A program made the translations under genes and the position numbers. From positions 907 to 64,906 of the forward strand of contig DBGCHZ010000037.1 in NCBI GenBank assembly GCA_048355915.1: DNA of 64,000 nucleotides, written 5' to 3'. This document shows, piece by piece, positions 53,260 to 63,346 of the stretch. The notes under the pieces were generated by a model. That model made no database searches and had not been told where the DNA came from. It was given only the letters and a program-made list of their open reading frames with translations. Source of the stretch: Clostridia bacterium (GTDB lineage Bacteria > Bacillota > Clostridia > TANB77 > CAG-508). Position 1 is the stretch's first letter. Every line of letters begins with the position of its first letter.

Positions 53260-53427
53260 CTATTTCTCAAAAGAATATAGAAGCGATATTGAAGGAATTC
53301 CATGATTTAAAATATGAGAATCTTCCAATGACCGTAATTCTTCATCTGAGAATTGTTCTGTTATAAGATAATTTAATGTGCTCCGAATTCCATTTTCTTT
53401 AACCATGTTTTTAATTAATTTGATCAT
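53260..53427 (-). CDS. small protein, 55 aa (MIKLIKNMVKENGIRSTLNYLITEQFSDEELRSLEDSHILNHGIPSISLLYSFEK)
   Basis: not in the supplied ORF track (below 60 aa); strong RBS GGGAGGA 6 nt upstream of ATG; ends at the terminator hairpin. Confidence 0.5.
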   Translation of the reverse strand: MIKLIKNMVKENGIRSTLNYLITEQFSDEELRSLEDSHILNHGIPSISLLYSFEK

Positions 53428-53618
53428 AAAGATATCCTCCCTTTGGTATTATGTATACATTATAACATGGATTTACATAAAATGCAAATTCATGTTTATG
53501 AAAAGAAGAATATCGTATATGAAATTTAAGAAAATTTATATAAAATATAACTATAAGTATAAAAATATTTATAAATGAAGAATATTTTCAATAAATTGAT
53601 GAAATTTATTAAAAAATA

Positions 53619-53647
53619 TTGACAGGCTAATATTTTTGTGATAATAT
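53619..53647 (+). promoter_or_regulatory. promoter TTGACA-17-TAATAT for tRNA-Arg
   Basis: consensus hexamers read directly. Confidence 0.6.
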
Positions 53648-53666
53648 AATTATGTTGTTAAGAAAT

Positions 53667-53743
53667 GGGTCAATAGCTCAGTTGGATAGAGCACACGCCT
53701 TCTAAGCGTGGGGTCGGGAGTTCGAATCTCTCTTGGCCCACCA
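53667..53743 (+). tRNA. tRNA-Arg (anticodon TCT)
   Basis: manual cloverleaf: acceptor GGGTCAA/TTGGCCC, anticodon loop CTTCTAA, T-loop TTCGAAT, CCA end. Confidence 0.88.
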
Positions 53744-53761
53744 TTTAACAAAATAGAAAAA

Positions 53762-53802
53762 AGAAAAGATGTATATTTTAAATATATGTCTTTTCTTTTT
53801 TT
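53762..53802. terminator. bidirectional terminator after tRNA-Arg
   Basis: AGAAAAGATGTATAT / ATATATGTCTTTTCT + T6; A5 on the other side. Confidence 0.6.
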
Positions 53803-53828
53803 ATTAAAAGTTTGATTATTCAAAATAA

Positions 53829-53978
53829 TTAACACGATAATTTATTTTTTTTATCATAAGTTTTTTCGATTTTTTCTAATTCCAATATAGAAAGCTCTTT
53901 TATGGAATAATAATCACCGTTATTAACACATGAAATTATGCACTTTAAAAAATTCAAATAATATTCGTCACTTATCAT
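53829..53978 (-). CDS. small Cys-containing protein, 49 aa (MISDEYYLNFLKCIISCVNNGDYYSIKELSILELEKIEKTYDKKNKLSC)
   Basis: RBS AAGGAGA 8 nt upstream of ATG; divergent from the XRE gene. Confidence 0.4.
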   Translation of the reverse strand: MISDEYYLNFLKCIISCVNNGDYYSIKELSILELEKIEKTYDKKNKLSC

Positions 53979-54213
53979 AAGAATGATCTCCTTTTTATAC
54001 AAATTTTTCCAGAATAGATTTTTAAAAAACAAGTATAACTAATAGTGATACTTTAAGCTTGCAATAATATAACATTTTTTATAGTTATTTTCAAGTATTA
54101 TAAGAAAAAATGTAATATTTTGTAAAAATATGTGTTGCATTTTTTATATGTTTTAGGTTTGATAAATGATTGTTATACTTATAATGATACTTATAAGGGA
54201 AGGGGCAACTATT

Positions 54214-54564
54214 ATGGATTCTTTTTCAAAAACAGAAATTGATAAATTTTTTGGGAAAATAATTAAAGAATATAGAATAAAAAGTGAACTTACTCAAGAA
54301 GAACTAGCAGAAGAATTAGGAATATCAATTAAATATGTGTCAAGACTTGAGAATGGTTATAGTGGAATAAAAAGACAGACTTTGATTAATTGTATGAATT
54401 TATTAGGTATTTCTCCTAATGTAATTTTTAGTGAGTTTATAACTAATAAAGATGTTATTAATAAAATAGAAATAAGTAATAAATTAGAAAAATTATCACC
54501 AAAACAAATAAATTTTGTTAATGGTATTATTGAGTTAATAGAAAATTATGAAGAAAAAATATAA
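54214..54564 (+). CDS. XRE-family HTH regulator
   Basis: HTH LTQEELAEELGISIKYVSRLENG; start chosen at the ATG after AAGGGAAGGGG. Confidence 0.7.
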   Translation: MDSFSKTEIDKFFGKIIKEYRIKSELTQEELAEELGISIKYVSRLENGYSGIKRQTLINCMNLLGISPNVIFSEFITNKDVINKIEISNKLEKLSPKQINFVNGIIELIENYEEKI

Positions 54565-54704
54565 ATGGCTATATTAGATACAAAGAAAAAAGTACAATGT
54601 AAAGTATATATCTTAAATAAGATTTTAATATTTTACATTGTACTTTTAAACTTTGTTGTAATAATAATTTTAAAAAAGTATTTAGAAAAAATAATAATTA
54701 TTAT

Positions 54705-56102
54705 CTATTCTTGCCAGAATGCTTTGTAAGTTCTGTAAGCTGAATAAACATCATATTTACTAGTAACTTCATATGGAGCGTGCATTGATAAAACTGGAAC
54801 ACCTAAGTCAATTACATCAGCACCTTTATTTGCAATTATATATGCAATAGTACCTCCGCCTCCAATGTCAACTTTTCCAAGTTCAGCAATTTGATATTTA
54901 ATATCATTTTTATCTAAAACATTTCTAATCCAAGCAACATATTCAGCATTTGCATCAGAAGCACCAGATTTTCCACGAGCACCTGTATATTTATTCAAGC
55001 TAATACCTTTACCTAGAAAACCTGCATTTTCTCTGTCAGAAACAGATGCGTAAATTGGATCATATCCAGCATCAACATCTGAAGAAAGCATTTTTGAAAA
55101 ACAAAATACTCTATCTAATAAATTTGGTTTATTAACACCAAGTTTATTTAATATTTCTGAAATAAAGAAATCAAACATATGAGATTCCATACCTGTATTT
55201 CCCATACTTCCTATTTCTTCTTTATCAGATAAAATACAAACAGCAGTATTTTTTACATTATCTAATTCCATCATAGCCATAAGTGATGTATAAGCACAAA
55301 CTTTATCATCTTGACCATATGCAGCAACTAAACCACCATCAAAACCTAAACTTCTAGCTTTAAATTCTGGAACTAATTCTATCTCAGAACTAGACAAATC
55401 AGCCTCAGTAATACCATATTTTTGATTTAAAATATTTAAAATATTTAATTTTACTAAATCTGTTCCTTCTTCATTACCATAAGGAATGCTTCCGACTAAT
55501 AGTTTTAAATCTTCTCCATCAATTCCATCTTTTAATTTTTTTTGCATTTGGTCTTGGGCTAAATGAGGTAATAAATCTGTTATTGTAAAAATTGGATCTG
55601 TTGGATCTTCACCTATACAAATGTCTATTTTTTCACCATTTGTTTTTACTATTCTTCCATGTATTGCAAGTGGAATTGTAGTCCATTGATATTTTTTAAT
55701 ACCACCATAATAATGAGTTTTAAAATAGGCTAATTCAGTATCTTCACATAAAGGGTTAGGTTTTAAATCTAATCTAGGAGAGTCAACATGAGAACCTATA
55801 ATGTGTAAGCCATTTTCAATTGGTTCTGTTCCAATAATTGCTAAATACATACTTTTTTCTCTATTAATAAAATAAATTTTGTCTCCTGGTTTTAATGAAT
55901 CAAATTCCATAATATCTTTGTATCCATTCTCATTAGCTAATTTTCTAGCATTCTTAACAAATTCTCTTTCTGTTTTAGAAATATTTAAAAAATTCATGTA
56001 ATTATCAGAAAATTCAAATATCTTATTTTTTTCTTCGTTATTCAAATTTTTCCAACCATTTTCTTTTTTATTAAAAAGTTTCTTCTTTAATTCTTCACTC
56101 AT
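54705..56102 (-). CDS. M18-family aminopeptidase
   Basis: 465 aa with M18/M42-type metal-binding motifs (HVDSP, GGGGT, HAPYE). Confidence 0.75.
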   Translation of the reverse strand: MSEELKKKLFNKKENGWKNLNNEEKNKIFEFSDNYMNFLNISKTEREFVKNARKLANENGYKDIMEFDSLKPGDKIYFINREKSMYLAIIGTEPIENGLHIIGSHVDSPRLDLKPNPLCEDTELAYFKTHYYGGIKKYQWTTIPLAIHGRIVKTNGEKIDICIGEDPTDPIFTITDLLPHLAQDQMQKKLKDGIDGEDLKLLVGSIPYGNEEGTDLVKLNILNILNQKYGITEADLSSSEIELVPEFKARSLGFDGGLVAAYGQDDKVCAYTSLMAMMELDNVKNTAVCILSDKEEIGSMGNTGMESHMFDFFISEILNKLGVNKPNLLDRVFCFSKMLSSDVDAGYDPIYASVSDRENAGFLGKGISLNKYTGARGKSGASDANAEYVAWIRNVLDKNDIKYQIAELGKVDIGGGGTIAYIIANKGADVIDLGVPVLSMHAPYEVTSKYDVYSAYRTYKAFWQE

Positions 56103-56576
56103 TTTAAACCTCCAATTTTTAATAATATTGTCTAAGAAAAAATATTAATAAAGTATATTTTTGTATATATATTAGGTAAAATATTTTATTAGAAATATTA
56201 ATATAAATTTTCTTAACTGTTATTATAGTATATAATTATACTTTTTATTTTTCAAGTATTTTACTATTTTTTCAAAATTAACATTTTTTATTCAAATTGT
56301 ATTAAGGGAATTTCATATATTTTTAATTTTTCTTGATTTTTATTGACTTACAGTATTTTTTTTGCTACAATTCTTTAATAAATCATATATTTATATATGT
56401 TTATTTTCGTTTATTGAACTAGATTTCTCCTATAATAGTAATCTAGTTCTTTTTTTGTATGTGAAAAATAAATACATATAGATTAAAAAAATATTGGTAT
56501 GAATTTGCACATACCAATAAAAATATGATAGAGTTTAGATATATATTTAAAATTTTATTACAAATTCATGTTAAAA

Positions 56577-57182
56577 CTAAAAATTATATTCAAAATTACT
56601 AAATGGCCATATTCTAGCAAGTACTACACCTTCTATTTTTTCTAATGGAATACAACCAAAATTTCTACAATCTTTACTTTCAGGTCTATTATCGCCCATA
56701 AGAAATAAAGTATTTTCAGGCACTACTAAGTCTGTAAATCCAGCTCCAAGTAAATCTGTTACGATTCCATTTTGTAAATAGTTTTCTTCAAGTTCATTAT
56801 TATTTATATATACTTTACCGTCCTTTATTTGAATATGTTCTCCTGGAAGAGCTATAACTCTTTTTATATAACTTTCTTTTCCAAATTCTAAACCATAATA
56901 CATAAGTTTTTTAAATAAATTTGTTGGCTCATTTTCGTATTTTGCAATTGGATTATTTAAGTTTATTTCTGATTCTTTGTACATTTTTTTACTAGGAGCT
57001 TCAAATGTTACAATATCACCTCGTGAGGGGATTTTATGAGAAATACGCATTGTTCTATTTAGAATTAACTTTTCACCTTCTTTTAATGTAGGAAACATTG
57101 ATTTCATTCTTACTTCAGTAGGTGTAGCAATAAAAAATCTAAATAATAAAGCTAAAATTATAGCAATAACTATACAATACAC
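56577..57182 (-). CDS. lepB: signal peptidase I (S26)
   Basis: TM helix, SMFPTL catalytic Ser box, GDNR box. The frame remains open upstream (..KILFKEILEW) with no ATG, so the true start is uncertain. Confidence 0.8.
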   Translation of the reverse strand: MYCIVIAIILALLFRFFIATPTEVRMKSMFPTLKEGEKLILNRTMRISHKIPSRGDIVTFEAPSKKMYKESEINLNNPIAKYENEPTNLFKKLMYYGLEFGKESYIKRVIALPGEHIQIKDGKVYINNNELEENYLQNGIVTDLLGAGFTDLVVPENTLFLMGDNRPESKDCRNFGCIPLEKIEGVVLARIWPFSNFEYNF

Positions 57183-57374
57183 CCATTCTAAAATTTCTTT
57201 AAATAATATTTTATTTTTTTCATTTTCATTCTCCCAAATTATAGTTTAAATATACATTTTTTTCCTATTGATATTATATAACTATTTATTATTAATATCA
57301 ATACAGCAAATAGAAAAAATTATATATTGACTTTCATTTTAACATAAAATATAATAAAAAAAGGAGGTTCGATA

Positions 57375-57593
57375 ATGAATAAATTAAGTAAAATATTATT
57401 AACTTTTGTTATTATACTTTTAATTGCGTTAATAACTATGACCGTTCTATTTTTTAAGATGAAAAATTTAGCTTACTATAATTATTCTATGTATGAATCA
57501 CAAAAAGATTTATCAAACTTTTTGGAAAAACAATTAGAAGAGTATAGAAAAGAGAGTGGCTATTTAGATCATATTTCGAAAATGGAAAAATAA
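57375..57593 (+). CDS. small membrane protein
   Basis: 72 aa with one TM helix; RBS AAGGAGG. Confidence 0.5.
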   Translation: MNKLSKILLTFVIILLIALITMTVLFFKMKNLAYYNYSMYESQKDLSNFLEKQLEEYRKESGYLDHISKMEK

Positions 57594-57683
57594 AAATTAT
57601 AAATAAATATCTAAATATGAAGAAAATATGCATCAATAATGTAATGAGAGAAATATATTGAAATAAAGGCAAATAGTATAAAA

Positions 57684-57720
57684 TAAAAAAAGCCTATTAT
57701 TAAGTATTTAATAATAGACT
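57684..57720 (-). terminator. terminator downstream of the integrase gene (12/13-bp stem + T-run on the minus strand)
   Basis: AGCCTATTATTAA / TTAATAATAGACT with an A-run on the plus-strand 5' side. Confidence 0.55.
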
Positions 57721-57807
57721 AAAAGTGGTGCAGCAGACCATAATCGCAGATAAAATAATGCAGTAATATCAATGTTTTCAGTGTTATTGTTTTAATAAAT
57801 CATGCGA

Positions 57808-59199
57808 TTATGATGCAGTAGAGTTTTTTTGTATTTTATTTAATTGTTCAAAAGCAAATTCTTTTGAAATATCAATGTAAACATCTTGTGTAACTCCACT
57901 ACCTTCAACATGACCTGCTAAATATTGTATAGCCTCTAAGTCCATTCCTTGTTCTTTCCATCTTGTTATTCTTGTATGTCTTAATTTATGATTATGTAAT
58001 CTTTTACAAATATTATATTTTTTATTTATTCTAATGAGCCAAGAATTAACTTCGGAAGGCGTAATAAAAGTATTATTTTCATAATCCCAAAATATTAATT
58101 TATGAATATTAGTTACCTTATTATTTAATTGCATTGTCAATAATTCTTTTAATTCACCATTAAGAGGAAAAAAACGCATTCCATAGTCAATATCTTTTAC
58201 TTTATCATAAGTTTTAGTATGCTTTCCTATAAAATAATTTCCATTTTTATCTGTTGTAAGTGTATTGTGTATATGTAAGGTATTATTTATTATGTCTATA
58301 TCATCAACAGAACGGGCAAGGACCTCTCCTATTCTTGCTGAAGTTATTAATTCTAATTTTACAATATTTCTGTATTTGTGATAACGCTCAGGTCCATCTA
58401 AGACTTCTATAAGTTTCTTTTCCTCATCGCTAGTTAAAGGAACAACTTTTTCAAAAGTTTTATCAGAAATAGGTTTAGTTAAACTTTCATCATCCATAAT
58501 ATTGTATTGTATTTTTCTTCTAGTAGTCGCTATTTTAAACCCTTTTTGTAATAAAGACCAAATTTTATTAATACTAGTTTGTGAATATTTTTTTATTTCT
58601 ATTTTGGAATCTTCAATATCTTCTACTGTAATATTTTGTAAAGATTTGTATATAAAATTAGAGCATGATTTTTCAATAGCCTTTAGTGTTTGTGTATTTC
58701 TAACATAAGCTCTATCTCTTGTTATACCATCTATATATTTTTGTTCAATGTATCTTTTTAACACATTGTATAATGTATCTTTATTTTTTTCTATATATGT
58801 TCCATTACTTATACTAGCTAACAAGTCATTAAATCTCGCTATAAATTCTGTTTTATTTTCTGTTTTTCTTTGGTAAATAGGACTTTTTCGTTTTCCATTA
58901 TAAGTATATTGACCAGCCCAACATTGCCTTGTATTATCAAAATATATACTCCCTTGACCATTTCCTTTTTTCTTCTTAGTTGATTTTTTCTTCGCAATAA
59001 ATGTAATTTGCCAATTTTCTATAACAAAACAATTATAAGAATGCTCTAATATATTATTTATACGATTTTCATTTAAAGTAATAAATTTTAGAATATTATC
59101 ATTTTCTTTAAATAAAAATATCAAGTCTCCAAAACTTTTTAATTTTTGTTTTTCGTTAGTTTCTAAATTTTCTACAATAATTTCTTTTAATTCATTCAT
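57808..59199 (-). CDS. int: phage-type tyrosine recombinase / integrase
   Basis: C-terminal catalytic region RHTRITRWKEQG...LAGH...Y. Confidence 0.85.
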   Translation of the reverse strand: MNELKEIIVENLETNEKQKLKSFGDLIFLFKENDNILKFITLNENRINNILEHSYNCFVIENWQITFIAKKKSTKKKKGNGQGSIYFDNTRQCWAGQYTYNGKRKSPIYQRKTENKTEFIARFNDLLASISNGTYIEKNKDTLYNVLKRYIEQKYIDGITRDRAYVRNTQTLKAIEKSCSNFIYKSLQNITVEDIEDSKIEIKKYSQTSINKIWSLLQKGFKIATTRRKIQYNIMDDESLTKPISDKTFEKVVPLTSDEEKKLIEVLDGPERYHKYRNIVKLELITSARIGEVLARSVDDIDIINNTLHIHNTLTTDKNGNYFIGKHTKTYDKVKDIDYGMRFFPLNGELKELLTMQLNNKVTNIHKLIFWDYENNTFITPSEVNSWLIRINKKYNICKRLHNHKLRHTRITRWKEQGMDLEAIQYLAGHVEGSGVTQDVYIDISKEFAFEQLNKIQKNSTAS

Positions 59200-59344
59200 A
59201 AAAAATACCTTCTTTCAAATTTTTTAAAAATCCTTGAAAAAAGGTTTAAATATATGATATAATACACATATAAAATACCTTTTCAAGGGTGTTTTCGATA
59301 GGGAAATGTGTTAGTCGGCGAAAACTATGTCACATTTTCCTTTT

Positions 59345-59971
59345 TTAATAAAATTTTCTTTCAATTATTTCCTTAACAACACCTATTATTTTTACAGGTT
59401 TTGTTTCTATATCTTCCTTAGTGAAAAACATTGGTCCATAATCAGAATTAAATGGAATAAGCATAATACCATTATCTAGTATATTAATTTTTTTTACGGT
59501 TGCCTCATCTCCATTTATTAAAACTACAGCAATTTCATTATTTTTAGCAAAATCTTGCTTTTTAACTGCTACAATATCATTTTCCCATAAAACAGAAAGC
59601 ATACTATCTCCTTTTATTTTAAGAGCAAAGAAATCTCCTGTTTTTGCAAGTTCTTCTTTTATATCTACTGTTCCTTGCCAGTTTTCTTGTGCCATATAGT
59701 CGTAGCCAGCTTTTACTTCTCCGAGAAGTGGAATGGAAACAACAGAACTTCCAAATTTATCTAGCCTAGGCTCGTCTAAGCACATTAAATAAGAAGGAGT
59801 AACATTAAATAATTTAGAAAGGATTTCTATTGTTGCTCTTTTCATATTTTGAACATTTCCTTTTTCATATTTCATTATGGCTGCTTTTTTTACACCAATA
59901 TATTTTCCAAGTTCCTCTTGTGTTAGACCTTTTTCTAATCTCAACTGTTTTATTCTTTCTCCCATATTCAT
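59345..59971 (-). CDS. cI/LexA-like repressor (XRE HTH + S24 peptidase domain)
   Basis: HTH LTQEELGKYIGVKKAAIMKYEKG; S24-like GDSM ... K; RBS AAGGAGG. Confidence 0.8.
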   Translation of the reverse strand: MNMGERIKQLRLEKGLTQEELGKYIGVKKAAIMKYEKGNVQNMKRATIEILSKLFNVTPSYLMCLDEPRLDKFGSSVVSIPLLGEVKAGYDYMAQENWQGTVDIKEELAKTGDFFALKIKGDSMLSVLWENDIVAVKKQDFAKNNEIAVVLINGDEATVKKINILDNGIMLIPFNSDYGPMFFTKEDIETKPVKIIGVVKEIIERKFY

Positions 59972-60146
59972 AAAAAGTTCCTCCTTGAAAGTATCTTTAT
60001 TTTACCACATAAAAAGGCTTATTGCAATATATTTATGAAAAAGTATCTTAAAAATTTTATTTTTTTTCAAAAAAGTATTGACAATCTAAAAAAGATAATA
60101 TATGATTACGGTATCTTAAAAAGATACAAAAGAAAGAGGTGAAAAA

Positions 60147-60389
60147 ATGAATACAACATTATTAAAATCAAAAATGGTATTGTTTGGAGATACTAACACA
60201 ACATTAGGAAAGGCATTAGGAATAGCATATCAAACAGTATCTGCTAAGATAAACAACACTAATGGGGCTGAATTTACACAAGGCGAAATACTAAAAATTA
60301 AAAATAGATATGAATTAACCCCTAAAGAAGTAGATGAGATTTTTTTTAACGAACAAGTATCTAAAAAAGATACAAACAATGCCGACTAA
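60147..60389 (+). CDS. Cro-like HTH protein
   Basis: divergent from the repressor; RBS AGAGGTG; HTH LGKALGIAYQTVSAKI. Confidence 0.6.
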   Translation: MNTTLLKSKMVLFGDTNTTLGKALGIAYQTVSAKINNTNGAEFTQGEILKIKNRYELTPKEVDEIFFNEQVSKKDTNNAD

Positions 60390-60407
60390 CACAAGAAAGG
60401 AATTTTA

Positions 60408-60590
60408 ATGAATAAGATTAAAATCTTTAGAAAAAAGAAAAAAATGTCTCAAAGTGATATAGCTAAAATTATGAAGGTAAAGCAAAATACAGTTTCTCAA
60501 TGGGAAAATGACACAAGAATACCAAATGTAAAACAAGCAATAAAAATGGCTGAAATATTAGAAACAACAGTTGAGAGTTTATATAAATAG
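60408..60590 (+). CDS. small XRE-type HTH protein
   Basis: SQSDIAKIMKVKQNTVSQWEN. Confidence 0.6.
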   Translation: MNKIKIFRKKKKMSQSDIAKIMKVKQNTVSQWENDTRIPNVKQAIKMAEILETTVESLYK

Positions 60591-61019
60591 AAAATACTAA
60601 TCATAGTGTCAGTATGACTAGCATTTTCCCACAATTTTTTTATCTTAAACTCTTGCAATTAGTATATAGCCCATATATTCAGTACTGTACGTTTGATTTT
60701 ACGACATTCCATGTCGTCAGCACTGTCCATACATATTCAACTAATATTATGTCTGACACCCATAACTTCTATGAAAGCTCTAGTACTTAATCAGTAGTGG
60801 CTCTGATATATGTAATGTTAATTTACCCTATAGCAACTAGAATATTAATTTATATAGTTCTACCACCGTACAAACTAATTTTTAAGAAACAGGGTAAACT
60901 CAATATTTTTGCCAAGATCCATCAGTCCTTTCATAATTAAATTTACCCATAAGGGTTTATGTAATAAGTAATATATCACAAAAAGAGATAAAAGTAAATA
61001 ATTAAGGAGAGTGATTACG

Positions 61020-61289
61020 TTGCAAGAAGTATTAGAACTTCTAATTAAAATAAACAATAATTTAGAAGATTTAAAGAGCGAAAGGAATTTACCAAAACTA
61101 ATATATGCAAAAGAAATAGCAGAAAAATATAAAGTTAATTTAAACAAAGCAACAGAATTTTGTAAAAGGTATGGGATTAATTTTGGGGGATATTGCATAG
61201 AAGAAGATAGATTTAAAGAAATATTGCAAACGAAAGGGATAGAAATTTTTGAAAATAGGAGGAACACAAATGAAAAGAAAACTAGATAA
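61020..61289 (+). CDS. putative DNA-binding protein (excisionase/MerR-like HTH)
   Basis: TTG at 61020 sits 9 nt after AGGAGA (the GTG at 61011 abuts the RBS); AKEIAEKYKVNLNKATEFCKRYGI. Confidence 0.35.
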   Translation: MQEVLELLIKINNNLEDLKSERNLPKLIYAKEIAEKYKVNLNKATEFCKRYGINFGGYCIEEDRFKEILQTKGIEIFENRRNTNEKKTR

Positions 61290-61395
61290 AAATAAAGTAT
61301 ATGCTTTTATTGGACGAGCAGTAGTATACAGTAGTGCATATGTAGGAATTATACTATTTGGATTCTGGGCATTTTGTCAAAATACTATTTATTAG
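61270..61395 (+). CDS. 41-aa membrane peptide (MKRKLDKNKVYAFIGRAVVYSSAYVGIILFGFWAFCQNTIY)
   Basis: RBS TAGGAGG 7 nt upstream; not in the ORF track. Confidence 0.45.
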   Translation: MKRKLDKNKVYAFIGRAVVYSSAYVGIILFGFWAFCQNTIY

Positions 61396-61805
61396 AAAGA
61401 GGGACAAATGAAAAAGATAATACTAATAATATTATGCTTATATTTTAACAAGGGAAGGAGATGAAAAAAGATGTTTTTAAAAACAATAATTAGGCAATGA
61501 AAATGTATAACGGAACTTAGCAGAAACATAGAACTAACAAAGAAAAATAGTAAAGAGATACAAAAACAAATGTTAGATGAATTTATAATGACAATAAATG
61601 AAGTGCAAGACATAGAAGCTTTAGATATTCCAGAAAAAGAAAAAACACATATGAGAAATACGATTATAGATAATGCAAGAACGAAATATGTAACAAAATT
61701 AATAGAGTTATCTAACACCGAGCAAAGTTTTTAGATAACTCAAACAAATTACATAAATATATGTTCCTATTGCTAATTATAGCATAGGAAAGAAAGGAAT
61801 GTCAA

Positions 61806-61970
61806 ATGAAAAAAATAGATACAGGAGAAACAATAGGAACAATAAGAAGGCTAGATGAATTAGGAAGAGTAGTTTTTCCTAAAGAATTTAGAAACAAATT
61901 AGAATTGAAAGAAAAAGATGAAGTAGAAATTTTCTTATTAAAAGATGGTTTTTATGTAAAGAAGGTGTAG
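61806..61970 (+). CDS. AbrB/MazE/SpoVT-type swapped-hairpin DNA-binding protein
   Basis: LDELGRVVFPKEFRNKLELKEKDEVEIF; 54 aa; RBS AAAGGAA. Confidence 0.6.
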   Translation: MKKIDTGETIGTIRRLDELGRVVFPKEFRNKLELKEKDEVEIFLLKDGFYVKKV

Positions 61971-62066
61971 AAATGCTAGAAAATAAGATGATTTTAGACG
62001 GATATTATGAAGAATACAATGAAGTAAAAACAGATGAATATTATAACGAATTGGAGGATTATAGAA

Positions 62067-62561
62067 GTGAATAATTTAAGTTTATATGAAATAACAAGTG
62101 GTTTTCCAGCTTTAATGGAAAATGAAGAAATAACACAAGAAGAAAAAGAAAAAATACAAGAAGAATTAACAGTATTATTACAACAAAAAAGTCAAAACAT
62201 TATAGGTTATACAAAAAATATTGAATTAACAATTAGTGCAATGAAAGAAGAAGAAAAAAGAATATCTGATAATAGAAAAAGTTTAGAAAATAAATTAATT
62301 AATTTTAAGAAATATGTAAAAGAATGTATGGAAAGAAACGATATAACAAAGATAGAAACAGCTTTAGGAGCATTAAGTATTACAAAAAGCCCAACAAGCG
62401 TAGAAATCGTAAATGAAGATGAAATACCAGGTGAATTTAAACAAGAAGTAGTAACAGTAAAAATAGATAAAACAAAAATAAAAAATTACTTTAAAGAAAC
62501 AGGGGAAATACCAGAAGGAACAAACATAATTACAAATAATACAAGTTTAAGAATAAAGTAG
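62067..62561 (+). CDS. Siphovirus Gp157-family protein
   Basis: GTG start 9 nt after GGAGG; coiled-coil ~164-aa protein immediately upstream of a Sak4-like ATPase, the typical arrangement. Confidence 0.45.
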   Translation: MNNLSLYEITSGFPALMENEEITQEEKEKIQEELTVLLQQKSQNIIGYTKNIELTISAMKEEEKRISDNRKSLENKLINFKKYVKECMERNDITKIETALGALSITKSPTSVEIVNEDEIPGEFKQEVVTVKIDKTKIKNYFKETGEIPEGTNIITNNTSLRIK

Positions 62562-62624
62562 GTGTAATAATGGATTATTTAGATTTAATAAATAACAAAA
62601 ATAACTTTTATGGAGGTAATTAAA

Positions 62625-63338
62625 ATGTTAGCAAAAAAGGCAACATTAAATGATGTTAATTTAAAAATAATGGTTTGGGGAGAAAGTGGAAGTGGTAAAA
62701 GCAGATTTGCATTATCTTCTCCAAATCCAATAGTAATAGATTTAGAAGGTAGCACAAGATTATATGCAGAAGAATTTGATTTTTATAAAGCAGAAGTAGA
62801 TAAGACAGATAATAGAGCAATTAACCCAGCAACATTAACAGTAAATTTAATAGAGGAAATTTTAAAAGGAGAGTATCCTGATAGAAAAACATTAATAGTA
62901 GACCCTATAACAGATTTACTAGATTGTATAGAAGATGTAAGTGCCAAAAAGTATGAGCAAATGATAGGAAAGAAAGTAGGAGATTTAAACCAACTACAAA
63001 AAACAAAATGGTATGCATATAGAAGAGAAATGGCAAGAACAGTACTGAATCAATTGAAAGATGTTCCTATGAATTTAATATTAGTAGCAAGAGCAAAGAA
63101 TATGTGGGATACCAAAGATGGAAAAATGCAACCAGTAGGGCTTACATATGATGCATTAGATATAGTGGAATATTTAATGGATATAGTTATTCAGTTAGAA
63201 AAAAACGGAGATGAAACAAAGGCAATAGTAAAAAAATCAAGAATAGGAAACTTACCAAAAATATTAGATATTAAAGATTATTTATCAATAGAAAATGCAT
63301 TAAAAAACAATAGTAAATTAGCAAAAGAAAATGAGTAG
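62625..63338 (+). CDS. Sak4-like phage ATPase (RecA-fold ssDNA annealing helper)
   Basis: Walker A WGESGSGKSRFAL, Walker B LIVDPITD; ATG at 62625 after GGAGGT. Confidence 0.6.
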   Translation: MLAKKATLNDVNLKIMVWGESGSGKSRFALSSPNPIVIDLEGSTRLYAEEFDFYKAEVDKTDNRAINPATLTVNLIEEILKGEYPDRKTLIVDPITDLLDCIEDVSAKKYEQMIGKKVGDLNQLQKTKWYAYRREMARTVLNQLKDVPMNLILVARAKNMWDTKDGKMQPVGLTYDALDIVEYLMDIVIQLEKNGDETKAIVKKSRIGNLPKILDIKDYLSIENALKNNSKLAKENE

Positions 63339-63346
63339 GTGGTTAG

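Noticed and set aside
53650-53835. 61-aa minus-strand ORF
   Set aside because: Overlaps tRNA-Arg(TCT) and its terminator; the real small gene on this strand begins at 53978 with its own RBS.
57682-57807. Inverted 9-mer CATAATCGC / GCGATTATG near the integrase 3' end as the phage att core
   Set aside because: Too short, and no second copy is available inside the window to confirm a direct repeat; left as unassigned.
60875-61267. 130-aa minus-strand ORF in the prophage
   Set aside because: Overlaps the plus-strand excisionase-like gene and the ORF-free region; no RBS; hydrophobic shadow composition.
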